From NCBI RefSeq assembly GCF_009914755.1, contig NC_060943.1: a DNA stretch of 64,000 nt. One strand, given 5' to 3'. Below the pieces are notes generated by a model. It worked only from the letters and a program-made list of their open reading frames with translations. It was not told the origin of the DNA and did no database searches. The DNA is from the human T2T-CHM13v2.0 reference genome, Homo sapiens. Shown here piece by piece: positions 1 to 20,400 of this stretch. A program made the position numbers and the translations under genes. The stretch's first letter is position 1, and every line of letters begins with the position of its first letter.

Positions 1-331
1 TTCAATTAATCAAAAAAATAAATTTTTCTGAAAGATAAACAAGATCACTAGATCACTAGCTAAGTTAACAAAGAAAAAAAAGGATCCAATAAGCACAATC
101 AAAAATGACAAACTATCAATAGACTAAACAGACAACCTATTGGGAGAAAGTATTTGTAGACTACGCATCTGACAAGGAACTAATGTTCACAATCTATAAT
201 CAATTTAAATCAAGCCAGGTGTGGTGGCTCACGCCTGTAATCCCAGCACTTTGGGAGGCCGAGGCGGGTGGATCACGAGGTCAGGAGATCAAGACCATCC
301 TGGCTAACACGGTGAAACCCCGTTTCTACTA

Positions 332-517
<186 letters not shown>

Positions 518-1331
518 TTAAATCAACAAGAAAAACAGAAATAATTCATTAAAAAGTGGTCAAAGGACATGGTCATTTCTCAAAAGACATAAAAGCAGCC
601 AAGAAACATGAAAAAATGAGATAAAAAGGGAGAAAAAGAAGGACAAACAGCAACAAAAATCAAAACAATAAAATGGCAATAGTAACCCCTTCTCTATCAG
701 AAAATTAAAATTCATGGCTCATGGAATAAACTTCCCAATCGAAAGACATAAACTGGTGTAAAAACAAGATTCAACTACATTCTTTTTACAAGATACTCAC
801 TTTCAATCTGAAGAAGACAATAGACTAAAAGAAGAATGGTACAAGTCATTCTATTAGAATGTTAACCAAATGAGAAGAAACTAGGTCAAAATTACATAAG
901 GCAAACTACATTTTAGGTCAAACCCTGTTATAAAATATACTGTAGTCAAAATTCTCACAAGAGACAAAGAAGGACATTATATAATAATAAAAAGATTAAT
1001 TTATATATGTTATAGAAAACTATAACATATATATTATCATCAGGGTTCCCAAATATATAAAGTAAACATTAACAAAATTGAAGAAATACACAGCAATATA
1101 ATAATAGTAAGATATTTCAATATCCCACTTTCAGTAATAAGTTATAAAGCAAGGTGGAATATTAAATATAAGAACAGAGGACTTCAAAGCACTCTAAAAA
1201 TTACACCTAATGGACATATAGCAGAATACACAGTCTTCTCCATAGCTCATAACACATTCTCTTGGATATACCACTTGTTAGGGCACAAAGCCATTCTTAG
1301 CAAACTTTTTTTTTTTTAATTTTGAGACTGA

Positions 1332-1484
<153 letters not shown>

Positions 1485-2398
1485 TAGTAGAGATGGGGTC
1501 TCTCCATGTTGGTCAGGCTGGTCTCAAACTCCCGACTTCAGGTGATCCGCCTGCATCGGCCTCCCAAAGTGCTGGGATTGCAGGTGTGAGCCACCATGCC
1601 TGGCCTAGCAAACTTTTAAAAATGGAAATCTTATAGACTATTATTATGACCAAAATGGAATGAAACTAAAAATTAGTAATAGAAAAAAATCCACAAATAT
1701 ATGGAAATTAAACACATTCTTAAGCATGCTCGTGTTCAAGGATTTGAAGAATTAATACTGTACAACATCTTTACAGTGCCCAAAGTAATGTTCAGATTCA
1801 ATGCAATCCCCTTCAAATTCCCAATTTCATTTTTTGCAGGAATAAAAAAGCAATGCCCAAATCAAATAAAATCTCAAGAGACCATGAAGAGCTAAATAAT
1901 CTTTAAAATAAAGAAAGGTGTTGGAAGCATCACACTTCCTGATTTCAAAACACATGACAAAACTACAGTAATAAATGCAGTTTAGTACTAGCATAAAGGC
2001 AGACAATTAGACCAATGAAAAAGAATGTAGCACAGATATTATCTTTCATGTATATGGTCAAATAGTTACTTGCACACCCATATTAATTGTAGCATTATTC
2101 ACAAAAATCAATAGGTGAAAGAAACCCAAACTTCTCTCACCAAATGAATAGAAAAATACAATTTATAATATACAAATAATGGAATAATACTCAGCTTTTA
2201 AAAAGCAGAAAATTGGGTCGGACGTGTAGGTTCATGCCTGTAATCCCAGGACTTTGGGAGGCCCAGGTGGGCGGATCATGAAGTTAGGAGATCCAGACCA
2301 TCCTGGCCAACATGGTGAAACCTCGTCTCTACTAGAATACAAAAAAAAAAAAAAATTAGCCAGGCGTGGTGGCACGTGCCTGTAGTCCCAGCTACTCA

Positions 2399-2569
<171 letters not shown>

Positions 2570-5500
2570 CTAAGTAAAATAAGCCAGCCATAAAAAGACA
2601 GGATTGTATAAATCCATTTAAATGAGACATCTAAAGTAGTTACACTCAGAAACAAAATAGAGAGGTGTTTGTAAAGGGTCAGTCAAGGGGGAAAATGAGT
2701 AGTTTCATGTATGTTGAGTTTGAGTTTCCCAAGATAAAAACATGTGGAGATACACTGCACGACAATGTCAATATACCCAATACAACAGAACTGTGTAACT
2801 GAAAATATTTAAGATTCTAAATTTTATGTTATGTATTTTGCACAATTAAAAATAAACAATTACACCTAAAATAAAGTTATAAAGCTTTTCAAAAATTACC
2901 TTCAAATCACAAGTGTTTCTCTCACAAAAAGAAAATATACATCCACCAATGAATAGATGTTGAATTTACAACAATTCTCATGACTCCTCATCTAAACAGG
3001 ATAAAACCATCACTGATGACCAACAAAAATGTAAATATAAGAGTCACAAACAAAATGGGGTAAAACCTATTCAGTCAAACACAGAGATAATTAAATTGGT
3101 AATAAACATATGGCTGATTCATATCTGACTTTTGCCTCACACTGTCTTAAAATGTACAGAGCTGAATACTGTCATACAAAATTATAATATATGAATAAAA
3201 ACTAAAAAATATAATGAATGTCAAATGGCCTATTATAAAAACTGTAACAAATAAATATAAAATTGCAAAGCAAAATTAAAAGAAACTATAACCCATAAAA
3301 TTCTGAATAAACATAGTGGAGTACTGATGAAGAATTCTTCTAGATAGCTACAATTTTCAACCATGACTGGCTATCCATAAAAAGCATACATTTTTGAATC
3401 AAGAGCATACAGTTAGAGCATTAATATTTCACAGAAACCCCATTATAATTATTCATAAAAAGCTTTGAGAAAATAATTTTTAAGAAATAAGCACTTACAT
3501 AATACTAGGGAAACTTATTAATATGTTGCTCTTCTTTTTACACAAAATGGTAAGGCTGTAATCTAGCCTGCAGAAGCAAAGAAAAGACTTACATCTTTTA
3601 CTGTAAGAACAATATAAATATTGTAAAATACGGTATAAAACACTGATTATGAATTAGGAATAAATTATGCTATCATTCAGATAAACGTTGAGGAATATAG
3701 ATGAAAATGCAAAGAAAGCTTTTTACGTGCAGGCAACTTAATTATACAAACTAAGCCGGGCATGGTGGCTCAAGCCTGTAACCCTAGCACTTTGGGAAGC
3801 TGAGGCGGGTGGATCGCTTGAGCTCAGGAGTTCAACACCAGCCTGGACAACATGGTGAAACTCCATCTTTAGAAAGAATACAAAAATTAGCCAGGCGTGG
3901 TAGCACTCGCCTGTACTGTCAGCTACTTGGGGGGCTGAGTCAGTCTATAGAGCCAGTCTATAAATATTTATTTTATAAATTTCCAAATGTCATCCAGAGA
4001 TCACAGGGCATAGAGAGAAGACAGGAAATATATTCCTTTAAAGGAATAAAATGATTCTTCGGAAATCAATTTTTGAGAAATGAAGATCCTTGTATTATCT
4101 GACAGGGAATTCAAAATAATCATTTTAAACATGTTCAATGAGCAAAAATAGAATGTAGACAACTAAACAGAATCAAGAAAATAGTGCATGAGGAAATGAT
4201 ATATCAACAGAGATTTAAAAAACTATTAAAAGTATTTTTTAAAAAAACAAAAATTGTGGAACTGAATACAATAACTAAGTTAAAAAAATTATTACAGAGC
4301 CACAACAGATAACTTAATGAGGTAATAGATGGTATCAGCAAATTAAAGACATTTCACTTATAAATATTGAGTCATAAAAGCAAAATAATACTGCCAACAA
4401 AGAAAATTTTACCTGGAAAAATTTACCTCTAGAATAAGGATAAAAAATAAAGACTTTATAAGGTAAACAAAAGCTGTCAGTCTTTGTCACCATGTGTATA
4501 GTTCTATAAGAAATGGTAAAGTAAATATATACACAGATCTACAATTCTCTACTATAATAATAATGCATAAAACTGAAAATCTTGCCATAGAATTTAATAA
4601 ACCAAAACACAAATTTGCATAAATCTGTTAATAGATACGCAATACGAAATGATATAATGTGACACTAATAACAAAGGATGTAAAAAGGTATAGTTTTATA
4701 TTCAACTGAAGTAAAGATGAGATTTAAGCATATTGTTATGTTTCATAAACTCTCATTTTTCAAGGTGATCACAAAAATACCTATAGAAGATATGCAAAAG
4801 AAAATGAAAAAGGAATCAAAGTATGCCACTACAAAATTAACAAAACAAAAACAAAGGCAGTAAGAGAGGAAATGAGGGAAAACGTATTTATGACAAGCAC
4901 AGAACGTAATCGAAAACAAAACGCAACTAGTAATTTTATTTCTTTCTGGTATTATTTTAAATATGAACAGATTGAACCCTTTAAAAAAGTAAAATAGCTG
5001 AATGAGTTAAAAACAAAATCTTACAATATGCGTCTTTAGGGGACTCATTTTAGTTTTAAGGAGACAAACAGGCTGAAAGTGACAGGATACAAAAATATAT
5101 TCCATGCAAACAGTAAGCTCAAGTGGGTGGGGTGGCCATAGTTAGACAAAATCCACTTTAAGTAAAAAATTGTTACAAAAGATAAAGATTGGTATTATAT
5201 AATGGCAAAATGGATCCATTTACCGGGAATCTATAACACATATAACTGTTATATAACTATAACACATAGCACTCTCAAATATATAAAACAAATATTGACA
5301 GAAGTTAAGCAAGAAATACACAGCAGCACAATAATTATAGATTTCACGGCCTCATTCTCAATCATGAATATAAGAAAACCAGATAGATCAATAAGAAAAT
5401 AAAAAACTTAAAACATTACAGACCAATTAGACCTAAGAGACACATACAGAACGTTCCAGTTAAAAGCAGCAGAATACATGATATTCTCAATTACACACAG

Positions 5501-5786
5501 AGCATTCTGTTAGGACACATAACAAGTCTTAATAAATTTAAGGAGACTGAAATCATACAGTGTATATTTTCTGACCAAAATGGAATGAAACTAGAAATCA
5601 GAAGCAGAAGTAAAACCGTAAATCCAAAAAATGTGGAAATTAAACCCACTCAAACATATTCTTGCTCAAGGATCAGATAATTTCATTTTGTTAAGATGTC
5701 AACATGCACAGCCACGTACAAATTCAATGTAATATCTATCAAAATCTCCATGGTAGTTTTTATTTTTTTTTTTTGCAGAAATATAG

Positions 5787-6113
<327 letters not shown>

Positions 6114-8052
6114 TCTCAAATTCTTTTAGGAGCTATAACTAGCAAAACACCCTTTAAAAAGAACAACAAAGAGGTATTACACTTCCTGGTTTTATAACAC
6201 ATTACCCAAAGCTATAAAGATAGAAATAATGTGGTATTAGCACAAAGAAAAATAAATGGATGATAAAACAAAATAGCTCAGAATTAAGCACGTGTGTACA
6301 TAATCAAATAACCTTACATAAGATTGCTATGGCCACACAATGGGGAAGAAAACAGTTTTTTCAACAAATGATGTTGAAAACTGAGTATCTACATGAAAAA
6401 AATAAAGTTGAGCCCTTCCGTTACATGCACCATATAAAAACAGTATTTAAAATGGATTAAATACTTGAACATAAAAATATAACAAACTTCCTAGATAAGT
6501 ATATGGGGGAAAATATGACATTGGACTTGGCACTAATTTCTTGTTACAAAAGACCAAGAATTTGATGTCATTTTCTTAGCTCTGAAATCAAATGCATAAG
6601 GAACAAATAATAGAGAAATGGGACTACATCAAACTTCAGAATTTCTGCACATCAAAGGAAAAATTTAGTGGGGTGAAAATGTCACCTAAGAAATGGGTGA
6701 AATATTTGAAAATCACATATTTGATAGGAGTTAATTTTCACAATATATAAACAATGTCTAAAACTCAACAAAAAGTGAGTTACTTGATTAAGAAACAGAC
6801 AAATAATTGAACTGACATCTCTCCGAAGAAGTTACATAAATAGCCTATAAGCATTTGAAAGGATGCTCAAGATTGCTAACTTTTAGACCAACACAAAGTA
6901 AAATCACAGTAAAATATTACCTCAAACCCATTAGGAGAGCCATTAACAACTGTAACCACCCCCCCAAAAAAAAGTGTTACGGATATGGAAAATTGAGAGG
7001 CCTTTTGAGCCACTGGTAGGCAAAAATGATGCAACTACTGTAAAAAACATACTATGAAGGTTTTTCAAAATATTAAAAATGGAATTACTATATAATCCAG
7101 CAAACATGGAAAATCCTATTTGATACTGTTCTTGGCAGTTATTTTTTGGGGTATGACACCAAAAGCACAGCAACAAAAGCAAATATAAATAAGTGGGACT
7201 GCATCAAACTGAAAATTTTCTGCACAGCAAAGAAAATAATAGAAGGAAACTTACAGGATAGAAAAAAATATTTGCAAGCCATACGCCTGATAAGAAGTTA
7301 ATATCCAGAATATATAAGGAACTCATACAAATCAAAGGCAAAAACAATAATAAGAATGATAATAAGAACAAAACTGAAAAACAGACTGAATGGATAGATA
7401 TTTTTCCAGTGAAGACAAAGAGCCAACAGGTATGAGAAAAGGACCTCAACATCACCAGTCATCAGGCAGGTGCAAACCAAAACAATGATAAAATATCACT
7501 TCACATTTGTTAGGATGTCTATTATCAAGAGACACTTATATTTTTTGGGTGATGTATACCCTAAAAGCACTGACTTCACCACCATGCAATCTATCTGTGT
7601 AACAAGGTTGCACTTGTACCCCACAAATTCATACAAACAAAAAGAATAGGGCTGGGTATGGTGGCTCATGCCCGTAATCCCAGCATTTTGGGAATCTGAG
7701 GTAAGAGGACTGCTTGAGCCCAGGAGTTCAAGGCCAGCCCTAGCAACACAGTGAGACCCCTTCTCTTAAAAAAAAAAAAAAAAAAGAAATTTTAAGCATA
7801 AAAACATTTTTAAAAAGAGATAACAAGTGTTGACAAGTTTCTGAAGAAAAAAATCTTGTACACTGTTGGTGTGTTGTAAACTGGTAGAGTCATTATGAAA
7901 ACCAGTATGGACGTTCTTTAAAAAATAAAATTAGGCCAAGCACAGTGGCTCACACCCGTAATACCAGCACTGTGGGAGGCTGAGGCAGGCGGATCACGAG
8001 GTCAGGAGTTCGAGACCAGCCTGGCCAACATGGTGAAACCCTGTCTCTACTA

Positions 8053-8241
<189 letters not shown>

Positions 8242-8739
8242 TTAAATTTTAAAAAAATTCCACATAATCCAGCAATCCCACTTCTGTGTATGTAACCAAA
8301 GGAAATAAAATCAGTATTTCTAATATTTGCATCTCCATGTTCATTTCACAATTGCCAAGACATGAAAACAACCTGAATGTTTGTGGACCCTGACTGGATA
8401 AAGAAAATATGACACATATACACAATAGAGTATTATTCAGCCATAAAAAAATCATGAAATCCTGCCAACATTTCAACAACATGGATGGACCTGGAAGACA
8501 TTATGCTAAGTGAAATAAGCCAGACACAGAAAGAAAAATAATGCATGATCCTCAGCTCTATGGGTAATCTAAAAAGGATGAACTCATAGAAACAGAGAGT
8601 ACAAAGCTGGTTGACCCAGTCTCGAAGTGGGGAAAATGGGAAGATGTTCAATGAGTATATACTTCCAGTCCTGAAATGAATAAGTTTTGGGGATCTAATG
8701 CATAGCATCATGGCTATAGTTAATCATAATGCTCTATAT

Positions 8740-8946
8740 CAGGGGTATCCAATCTTTTGGCTTCCCTGGGCCACAGTGGAAGAAGAATTGTCTTGGGCCA
8801 CGCATAAAATACACTAACACTAATGGTAACTGATTAGCTTTTAAAAAAATCTCATGTTTAAAGAAAGTTTACAAATTTGTGTTTGGCCACATTCAAAGCC
8901 ATCCTGGACTGCATGCAGCCAGCAGGACATGAGTTGGACAAACGTG
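8740..8946 (+). mobile_element. MER30 (hAT-derived MITE)
   Basis: CAGGGGTATCCAATCTTTTGGCTTCCCTGGGCCAC...GTTGGACAAACGTG. Confidence 0.8.
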
Positions 8947-9052
8947 CTCCATATGCTTAAATTTTAGTAAGACAGCAGACCTTTCACTGCAAAAGAAAAC
9001 TCTGCATGGTGGCTTAATTCCAGCACTTTCGGAGGCCAAGGAGGGTGGATCA

Positions 9053-9312
<260 letters not shown>

Positions 9313-9482
9313 TCATTACACTTTACATAATAAATAGTTATATACTTTTAATTTGTGAAAAGTAACCACACGGTCCCCACACGTATATGTGTGGGTATAT
9401 TTGTGTGTATATGTATACACACCTCAACTAATATAGTTGAAGAATCTGGGAAAATAAAGTTTAAATTACCAATTTTAGTTCA

Positions 9483-10387
<905 letters not shown>

Positions 10388-10715
10388 TCAAAAAAAAAAG
10401 AAAAAAATAGTTTAACATAGAGTTCCTCAAAAATACACATATATTTCTGTGTGCCCCAAGACAATGAAAGGGCAGTCAGATAATAAAGTCTCTTATAAGC
10501 CATGAAGAGGACTTTGGCTCTCACTATAACCTCAAAGTAAGGTTACTTTTTAGAGAATTTAGGAGCATTAGACAGAAGATGCCTCTGTACAAGAGCAAGA
10601 ATAAACAATCACGTTCCTCAAAAATCATCTCCATTGGAGCAGAGCTTCTCAAATAACTCTTGAAGTCTGTCTTCCTTCTTGGCCTTTGGAGCTTTCACCT
10701 GTGGCATGTGTTTCA

Positions 10716-10880
<165 letters not shown>

Positions 10881-11423
10881 CTAGTGTTGTGCTCTGTAGA
10901 TAAGAGAGAATATTATAGATGATTCTAGAAAATTAATAATAAGGACAGGCGCGTTGGCTCATACCTGTAATCCCAACATTTTGGGAGGCTAAAGCAGGCA
11001 CATCATGAGGTCAGGAGATCGAGACCATCCTGGCCAACATGGTGAAACCCCATCTCTACTAGAAATACAAAAATGAGCAAGGTGTGGTGGCACGTGCCTG
11101 TAATCCCAGCTGCTTGGGAGGCTGAGGGAGGAGAATCACTTGAACCCGGAGGCAAAGATTACAGTGAGCCAAGATTGCGCCACTGCACACTCCAGCCTGG
11201 CAACAGAGCGAGACTCCATCTCAAAAAAAAAGAAAGAAAAGAAAATTAGTAACAAAATAATATTTCTAAACAGAAAGTTTAGAATATTTTATATTTGTGG
11301 GTCTTTAGCTTCCCTACCCAATACTACTTAATCGAAAATTGGTGGTAGAAGTTGGATTTTAAGGTCTGGTCAATAATATTTTATAAAGGAATTTTTATAA
11401 TGGAATTCCAAGAATTACCACTA

Positions 11424-11597
<174 letters not shown>

Positions 11598-11882
11598 TCA
11601 GGAGGCTAAGACAGGAGAATCACTTGAACCCAGGAGGTGGAGGTTGCAGTGAGCTGGATTGTACCACTGCACTCAAGCCTGGGCAACAGAGCTAGACTCT
11701 GTCTCAAAAAATAAAATAAAATAAAATAAAAAAATAGAATTACCACTAAACTAGAGTGAAAAATGCCCATCACCTCAAGGTAGAAGAAAGTTAATGTAAA
11801 CATAAAACATCTTGAAAATTTTCTTCTCTATCCCAACAAATCCCCAAGTTTTCCTTGAAAGCAGAGATCTAAAACTCATTTA

Positions 11883-12609
<727 letters not shown>

Positions 12610-13213
12610 TTAAGGGCATCAACACAGGCATATACAGTTTGAGTTTTATGTCTACAGATTATAGAATAAGTTGTAAATATTATTCATACAGAGAAGTCAT
12701 GATGGGTTAGAAGGTATCTGTCAAATTTTAATGTACGTGACAATGAACTACAGATCTTGTTAAAATGCAGTCTGATCCAGGTGATCTCAGGTGAAGCCTG
12801 AGTTTCTGAATTTCTAAAAGCTAGCCAGTTGATACCAAGGCATCCGAATCAAGAATATTTTGTCAAACACAAAGTGGTTGAGCCCCAGTTTATCTGACTA
12901 GTAAACAAAGATGAGCCTTCATTTTCCAAAGCAAGCTTTAAGCAAAGAGAATCTAAAAAGAAAGGGAAGTTTGCAGATTAAATGTGATGGTTTATGTACA
13001 TCAGTCAGTAAATCTCCCAAGGTACTTACGAATAATAAAGATAAAAATAATTAACTTTATAATTAAAAAAAATCTGTCACAGAGAGCCTTAACCAAGTGA
13101 TTGAAATTAACATGAATTGGGCCAGGCGCGGTGGCTCACGCCTGTAATCCCAGCACTTTGGGAGCCCAAGGTGGGCAGATCACGAGGTCAGGAGATCGAG
13201 GCCATCCTGGCTA

Positions 13214-13465
<252 letters not shown>

Positions 13466-13807
13466 TCAACACACATGGGCAGACAATCATCAGAGCTATG
13501 ATATTATTGGCAACAAAAAGTAAATTATAACCTGAATCTAAGCATAAAGAAACATCTTTATGCAAAGTTCAAGCTACAGATATCTCCCAGGTTTTATAAC
13601 CTCTAATAATGTATTTAAATAGCCTTTCCTCAGCATTTGAAAGAGCAAGTCTTATCTAACTATTCTCTTTTCCAGAATATTCTGAGTTATTCTGGGCAAT
13701 TAGTGACATCCTCTTTAAATGTGCATTTTTAAAATCCTGTTTCTGGCCAGGTGCTGTGGCTCACGCCTGTAATCCCAGCACTTTGGGAGGCTGAGGCGGG
13801 TGGATCA

Positions 13808-14103
<296 letters not shown>

Positions 14104-15373
14104 TCACTAATATCTGAGGACCCTATACCATCCCTAATAGAGATCTTAGGTATCTACACCTTTCCACATTGATGTGACACAAAGAGAACTTTATTTATTT
14201 ATTTATTTTTGAGACAGTCTCACTCTATCGCCCAGGCTGGAGTGCAGTGAGTGGCATGATCCCGGCTCACTGCAACCTCGCCTCCTGGGTTCAGGCGATT
14301 CTGCCTCAGCCTTCCAAGTAGCTGGACCACAGGCACGTGCCACCACACCTGGCTAATTTTTTGGGTTTTTAGTAGATACAGGGTTTTGCCAGGTGGCTCT
14401 GGCTGGTCTCAAACTCCTGGCCTCAAGCGATCCTCCTGCCTCAGCCTCCCAAAGTCCTGGGATTACAGGCATGAGCCACTGTGCCCAGTCACAAAGAGAA
14501 CATTTTTATTCTTACAGGTCATACACTCGATGGTGAGAACTGGTCATGGTATGTAAGAAGCCTGGATACAAAGAATAAAGGAGAAGGCTCTGATATATAA
14601 AAGAGAAGTATTTTTCAGCGCCTCTTAACTACTATAGTAAGAAGTAATATTTATAAGAAGAAAAGGAGGAAAAAAAGTATCTAAAACAAACTGGTTAGGT
14701 AGGAACATCAGAAGTAGAGAAGTAAAAGTTTGTAAGTTCTAAAGCCAAGACATTCAAGAACGAAAAGAGAACATCACCCCTGAGCTGGGACACATTCACC
14801 TGAGAACCAGCCATTTCTTCCTCTTGCTCTTCCCTTTGGGATTCCTTCTCAGGTGATATTATCTGGAAAATCACATCTGTAACTTGAGCATACGCCTTTT
14901 AAAGCATCAGCAAAACCCCTTCACCTGCTACCACCGCACCCACAGGCAGATGTACCTTAAAGGCACAGAAAAGGCCACACTTGCTTGTCCTTTGTCATTG
15001 TCACAGGAGAATTTCAGGAACAGTGAGCTTCTACCTAAAGACTAAAATGTGAGTCTCCAGTTTCCTGCCTTTAGATGCCCTTCCATGCCAGAGATGGCAG
15101 CAATTTCTGCTGCAGCAAAGGGCACATAGGGCCCCACTCCCCTGCTCCCATGAAAACCAAGCACAGCAGGCCCCATGACCTCTCTTTAAAACAAAGCCTG
15201 GGGGCTAGGCGCTATGGCTCATGCCTGTAATCCCAACACTCTGGGAGGCCAAGGCAGGCAGATCATCTGAGATCGGGAGTTTGTGACCAGGCTGACCAAC
15301 ATGGAGAAACCTTGTCTCTACTAAAAATACAAAATTAGCCGAGTGTGGTGGCGCATGCCTGTAATCCCAGCTA

Positions 15374-15663
<290 letters not shown>

Positions 15664-15929
15664 TCAATTCTCACTTATGTCTGGGAGCCCTCATGATTGC
15701 CTCTGGCTTTATCTTACAATTACATGGGACACTTAATTAAAACAATATGGATGCTTCCACCCAGGCCAACATAATCCGTCGAGAGGACACAGGTAAGGGT
15801 ATTTCTTCAAACTGGCCATTTAATCCTAACTAGAATGTGATGAGCTGACAATCACTTAGCTAAGAATTGCCTCTTAAACTTTAATATTCGGAGAAATCAT
15901 CTGGTATTTCAAGCCCCAGACTAATTTGA

Positions 15930-16166
<237 letters not shown>

Positions 16167-17043
16167 TGAACTCCTGACCTCAGGTGATCCGCCCTTCTCA
16201 GCCTCCCAAAGTGCTGGGATTACAGGTGTGAGTCACCGTGCCCAGTCAATTCTGCAGGCTTGAAAGGAGTCCACGGATTGGCTTCATTCACAGCTAATGC
16301 TGACCCTGCTTGCCCTAGATCACTTATAACAGCACTCAACTAGACAAAGCGCCACAGCACACAGTCCCTTATACCTACACTCTTCTTAGAACACAAATGC
16401 TTTTGGTCCAAAATAAAAACCACCAATCACTATTCTAAAACATGGCGTTCTCTGTTGGTCCTTTAAAGTTTCCAGAGGCAGCTCATGTCTGAGTAAGTCT
16501 GCATTTGGAAAACAACACGCGCACATGCATTAATGCGATGTTTATGGAGCATGCGCTGTGTGCTCAGAAGCACACTATAGAGCATTGTGCTGGGAAGATG
16601 ACATAATGTGAATTTATCCTCATAACACCCTGGGAGGTGGGTACTAACTGTCCCATAATTCCCTGGATTTATATGAAAAGCCCAGCATTTAAATTTCTTC
16701 TTGTTCTATCACTGATTTTTTTTTTTTTTTTTTGGAGATAGAGTCTTGCTGTGTTGCCCAGGCTGGAGGGCAGTGGCACAATCTTGGCTCACTGCAATTT
16801 CCACCTCCCCAGTTCAAGCAATTCTCCTGCCTCAGCCTCCTGAGTCACTGGGATTATAGGTGCCTGCCACCACGGCCAGCTAATTTTTCTATTTTTGGTA
16901 GAGATGGGGTTTCGCCATGTTGGCCAGGCTGGTCTCGAACTCCTGACCTCAGTTGATCTGCCTGCGCCCCGGCCTCCCAAAGTGCTGGGATTACAGACGT
17001 GAGTCACCGCACCCAGCCTTTCTTTTGTTTTCTTTTTTTTTTA

Positions 17044-17422
<379 letters not shown>

Positions 17423-20400
17423 TTAAGTGTAGTTCAAAGGGATTTCTCAGCATTGGGTTTATATTTACTTTCTTGTGATTCCTGGAGCAACTGCTGGATA
17501 TGCAGGAATAGAAAATGGTTTGCTAGGTGGTATGCCTCTAAAAACAGTGGTTTTAATTAAAAAAAAAATTAAAGACCAAAACTATTTAGTTATTTGCTTC
17601 CATTTATCTGCTTTTGGGTTTGGAAGAATTGTGAACAACCACTCTGGAGAGGCAGCAGGAGCCAAACTCTGATCTCCTTTAATCAACTCTGTATGGAGAT
17701 TCCAAGGTGGAGCCGGACCTGGATGAGGCCTCAGAAGAGGTGAAACGTGGGTAAGGCTGGGACAGGGAGAGGGCCCTAGGTAGAATTTTGATCTCCATGT
17801 CACTGGGGTATTTCCAATTCTGTGTTTTCTAAGCCTGCCCAAGAGAAACTTGACTCCCCAGGTTTGTGTGATTTTAATCTATTTCACCCAATTCCCTGTC
17901 TATTTTATAACATACAGTAACAAGGAATTTAACCAAAATGCATAGTGTTTTCTAGGACATGTATATTAGAAGCTAAATATTTAGTCTTCACAAGGTAAAA
18001 GCAATAGAAATAATAACTATAGGGCTGGGCGCGGTGGCTCATGCCTGTAATCCCAGTACTTTGGAAGACCGAGGTGGGTGGATCACCTAAGGTCAGGAGT
18101 TCGAGACCAGCCTGGCCAATATGGTGAAATCCCATATCTACTAAAAACACAGAAATTAGCCGGGCGTGGTGGTGCACGCCTGTAATCCCAGCTACTCAGG
18201 AGGCTGAGACAGGAGAAAATCACTAGAACCCGGTAGGCGAAGGTTGCAGTGAGCCAAGATTGCACCACTGCATTGCAACCTGGGCAACAGAGCGAGACTC
18301 CACCTCAAAAAATAGAAAAGAAAAAATAACTATAATAACAACTCTTCTGTTCATGAGTGGCCCTTCAGATGGTGACATCAGAGTTCCCAACATAAGGAAA
18401 GTGGCCCTAAATCCCCTGCACACATCCCTTTTTTGTACTGACTCCATGGTGTGAAATTCAGCCATTTATTCATTTGCCACAGACACAGTTCCTGGATTGC
18501 AGAGATTATGATTGCCTCATCTGTTTTTCTAATCGCCATATGAAATGAAAGTAATTGGTTGATCAGTCTCCAGCTCTCCTTTTTTTTCACCCAAGTGAAA
18601 ACTGGAACAACTCCCATCTAGGAACCAACCAAAGAGATTATTTTTGTGAGAAAGAGAAGAAACACTGAATGACTTATTCCCCTCCCTCTTAGATGGTAGC
18701 AGAATTAGACCCTCTTGTCAGCCTCACCCCAGTCTGCACACAACAACCTCAAATGTCTCAAAGACTCTCAGGTGCTGGGAAGAGGGTCTACAGTCACTCT
18801 GGGTTGATGTCCTCATGGCAATCCAAACAGGAAACACTGAGACTGATTCTGTGGGAACAGAATAGACAATAGAACTTCCCTGGTAGAGCTTCAGATCCTA
18901 AACCCATATGTGATATCACCTGTCCTTAATCAGTTAGCTTGGGTAAGAGGAATGACAGGAATATTTTATTCCAGTATCACAGCTTACAGGTAGGTGTGGT
19001 TGTTATGGTCATGGCTGTAGATATTTTGTGGCCTGGACCCCCCACTGCTGGGGTGATTCTGCCATCAGATTCTATTTACACCAAGAGCCTCTCACACAAC
19101 TGCAGCAGGTCAGAGGACAAGATCTGGAAATTTTCAAGGACCACACTTTGAAGGGTGGGGCTCTAAAATGTCGATGTTGACCTGTCACGATGCAGAAAAT
19201 GTTTCCTATGGGCTTTCTGTACATTCTCAATCCAAAGTCAGGTCCTGTCTCATGAGTCCCAGAAGCCAGTGCTTATATGCAGATTCTAGTGACATCAACC
19301 TGGCTGTGCATTATTGGGTGTTATAGCATGCTGCGCAAAACCAGAGGAGAGATCCAGTCATGGAGACTGCTCTAACACATTATAAATGATATGTCGGCCG
19401 GGCACGGTGGCTCACCCCTGTAATCCCAGCACTGTGGGAGGCCGAGGTGGGCGGATCACGAGGTCAGGAGATCAAGACCATCCTGGCTAATACAGTGAAA
19501 CCCCATCTCTACTAAAAATACAAAAAATTAGCCAGGCGAGGTGGCGGGTGCCTGTAGTCCCAGCTACTCGGGAGGCTGAGGCAAGAGAATGGCTAAAAAA
19601 GGGGAATAGAAAAGTGGGCCGATAAAAAGTTCTTTGTCAAGGATTCTCATTAGTTTACAGGAATAACATTGATTAGTGATTGGCCATACAGGGTTAAGCT
19701 AGAAGGTGTGGGCTATAGTGTCCTGTGTGGCATTATTAGATTAATTTATAGCTATGTGTGGCAGTAACAAGCAGTTTCAAGAGGTGAATACATTGCTCAA
19801 AGGAGAAGTAGGACATAATTCTGGATTCATTTTAATGTCTCTCTGAGCCTGATAACTAACAGAACTTGCATCCCTCAGATAAAAGTTCTTTTACTTTCTC
19901 AAATCCCAGGGCCTGGATTCAAATTTGGGGGTTTCAGATTTAGGTTTCAGAGGTATGGGAAAGTAGCAGGTGCCCTTTGCACATTCTCAGGCATTTGTAC
20001 AGGAGGAGGAAAAGAACATTTTAAATTCTTAGGTCTAATCAATGCATATGTGTAACCCTGACAGGGTTTGTCTCTGAATTCATTTCAGATTTGAAGATGC
20101 CAGGGACATTGAAAGAGGTGGAATGGTTGGTTGCTGCCCTGTAAGGTTATTTTTGTAGAAATCTGATCTGACTGCTCTACAAGGGACTATAGATCACAAA
20201 TAGGCAGAGAGACCATTTTGCCTGCAATTTGGGGTTTGCACAATTGTGGGTTGTGACTTGAAGCCCAAGAGGGAAAGACCCTCTAGGGTGAAGTCTGATG
20301 GGTACCTTACATGTTTATATCATACCTGGTCATTTCAGACAGTGTTTTCAAAAATGTAATTAAAAGCACAATCATCTCCAACCCCAGAAAAACTCTCCAC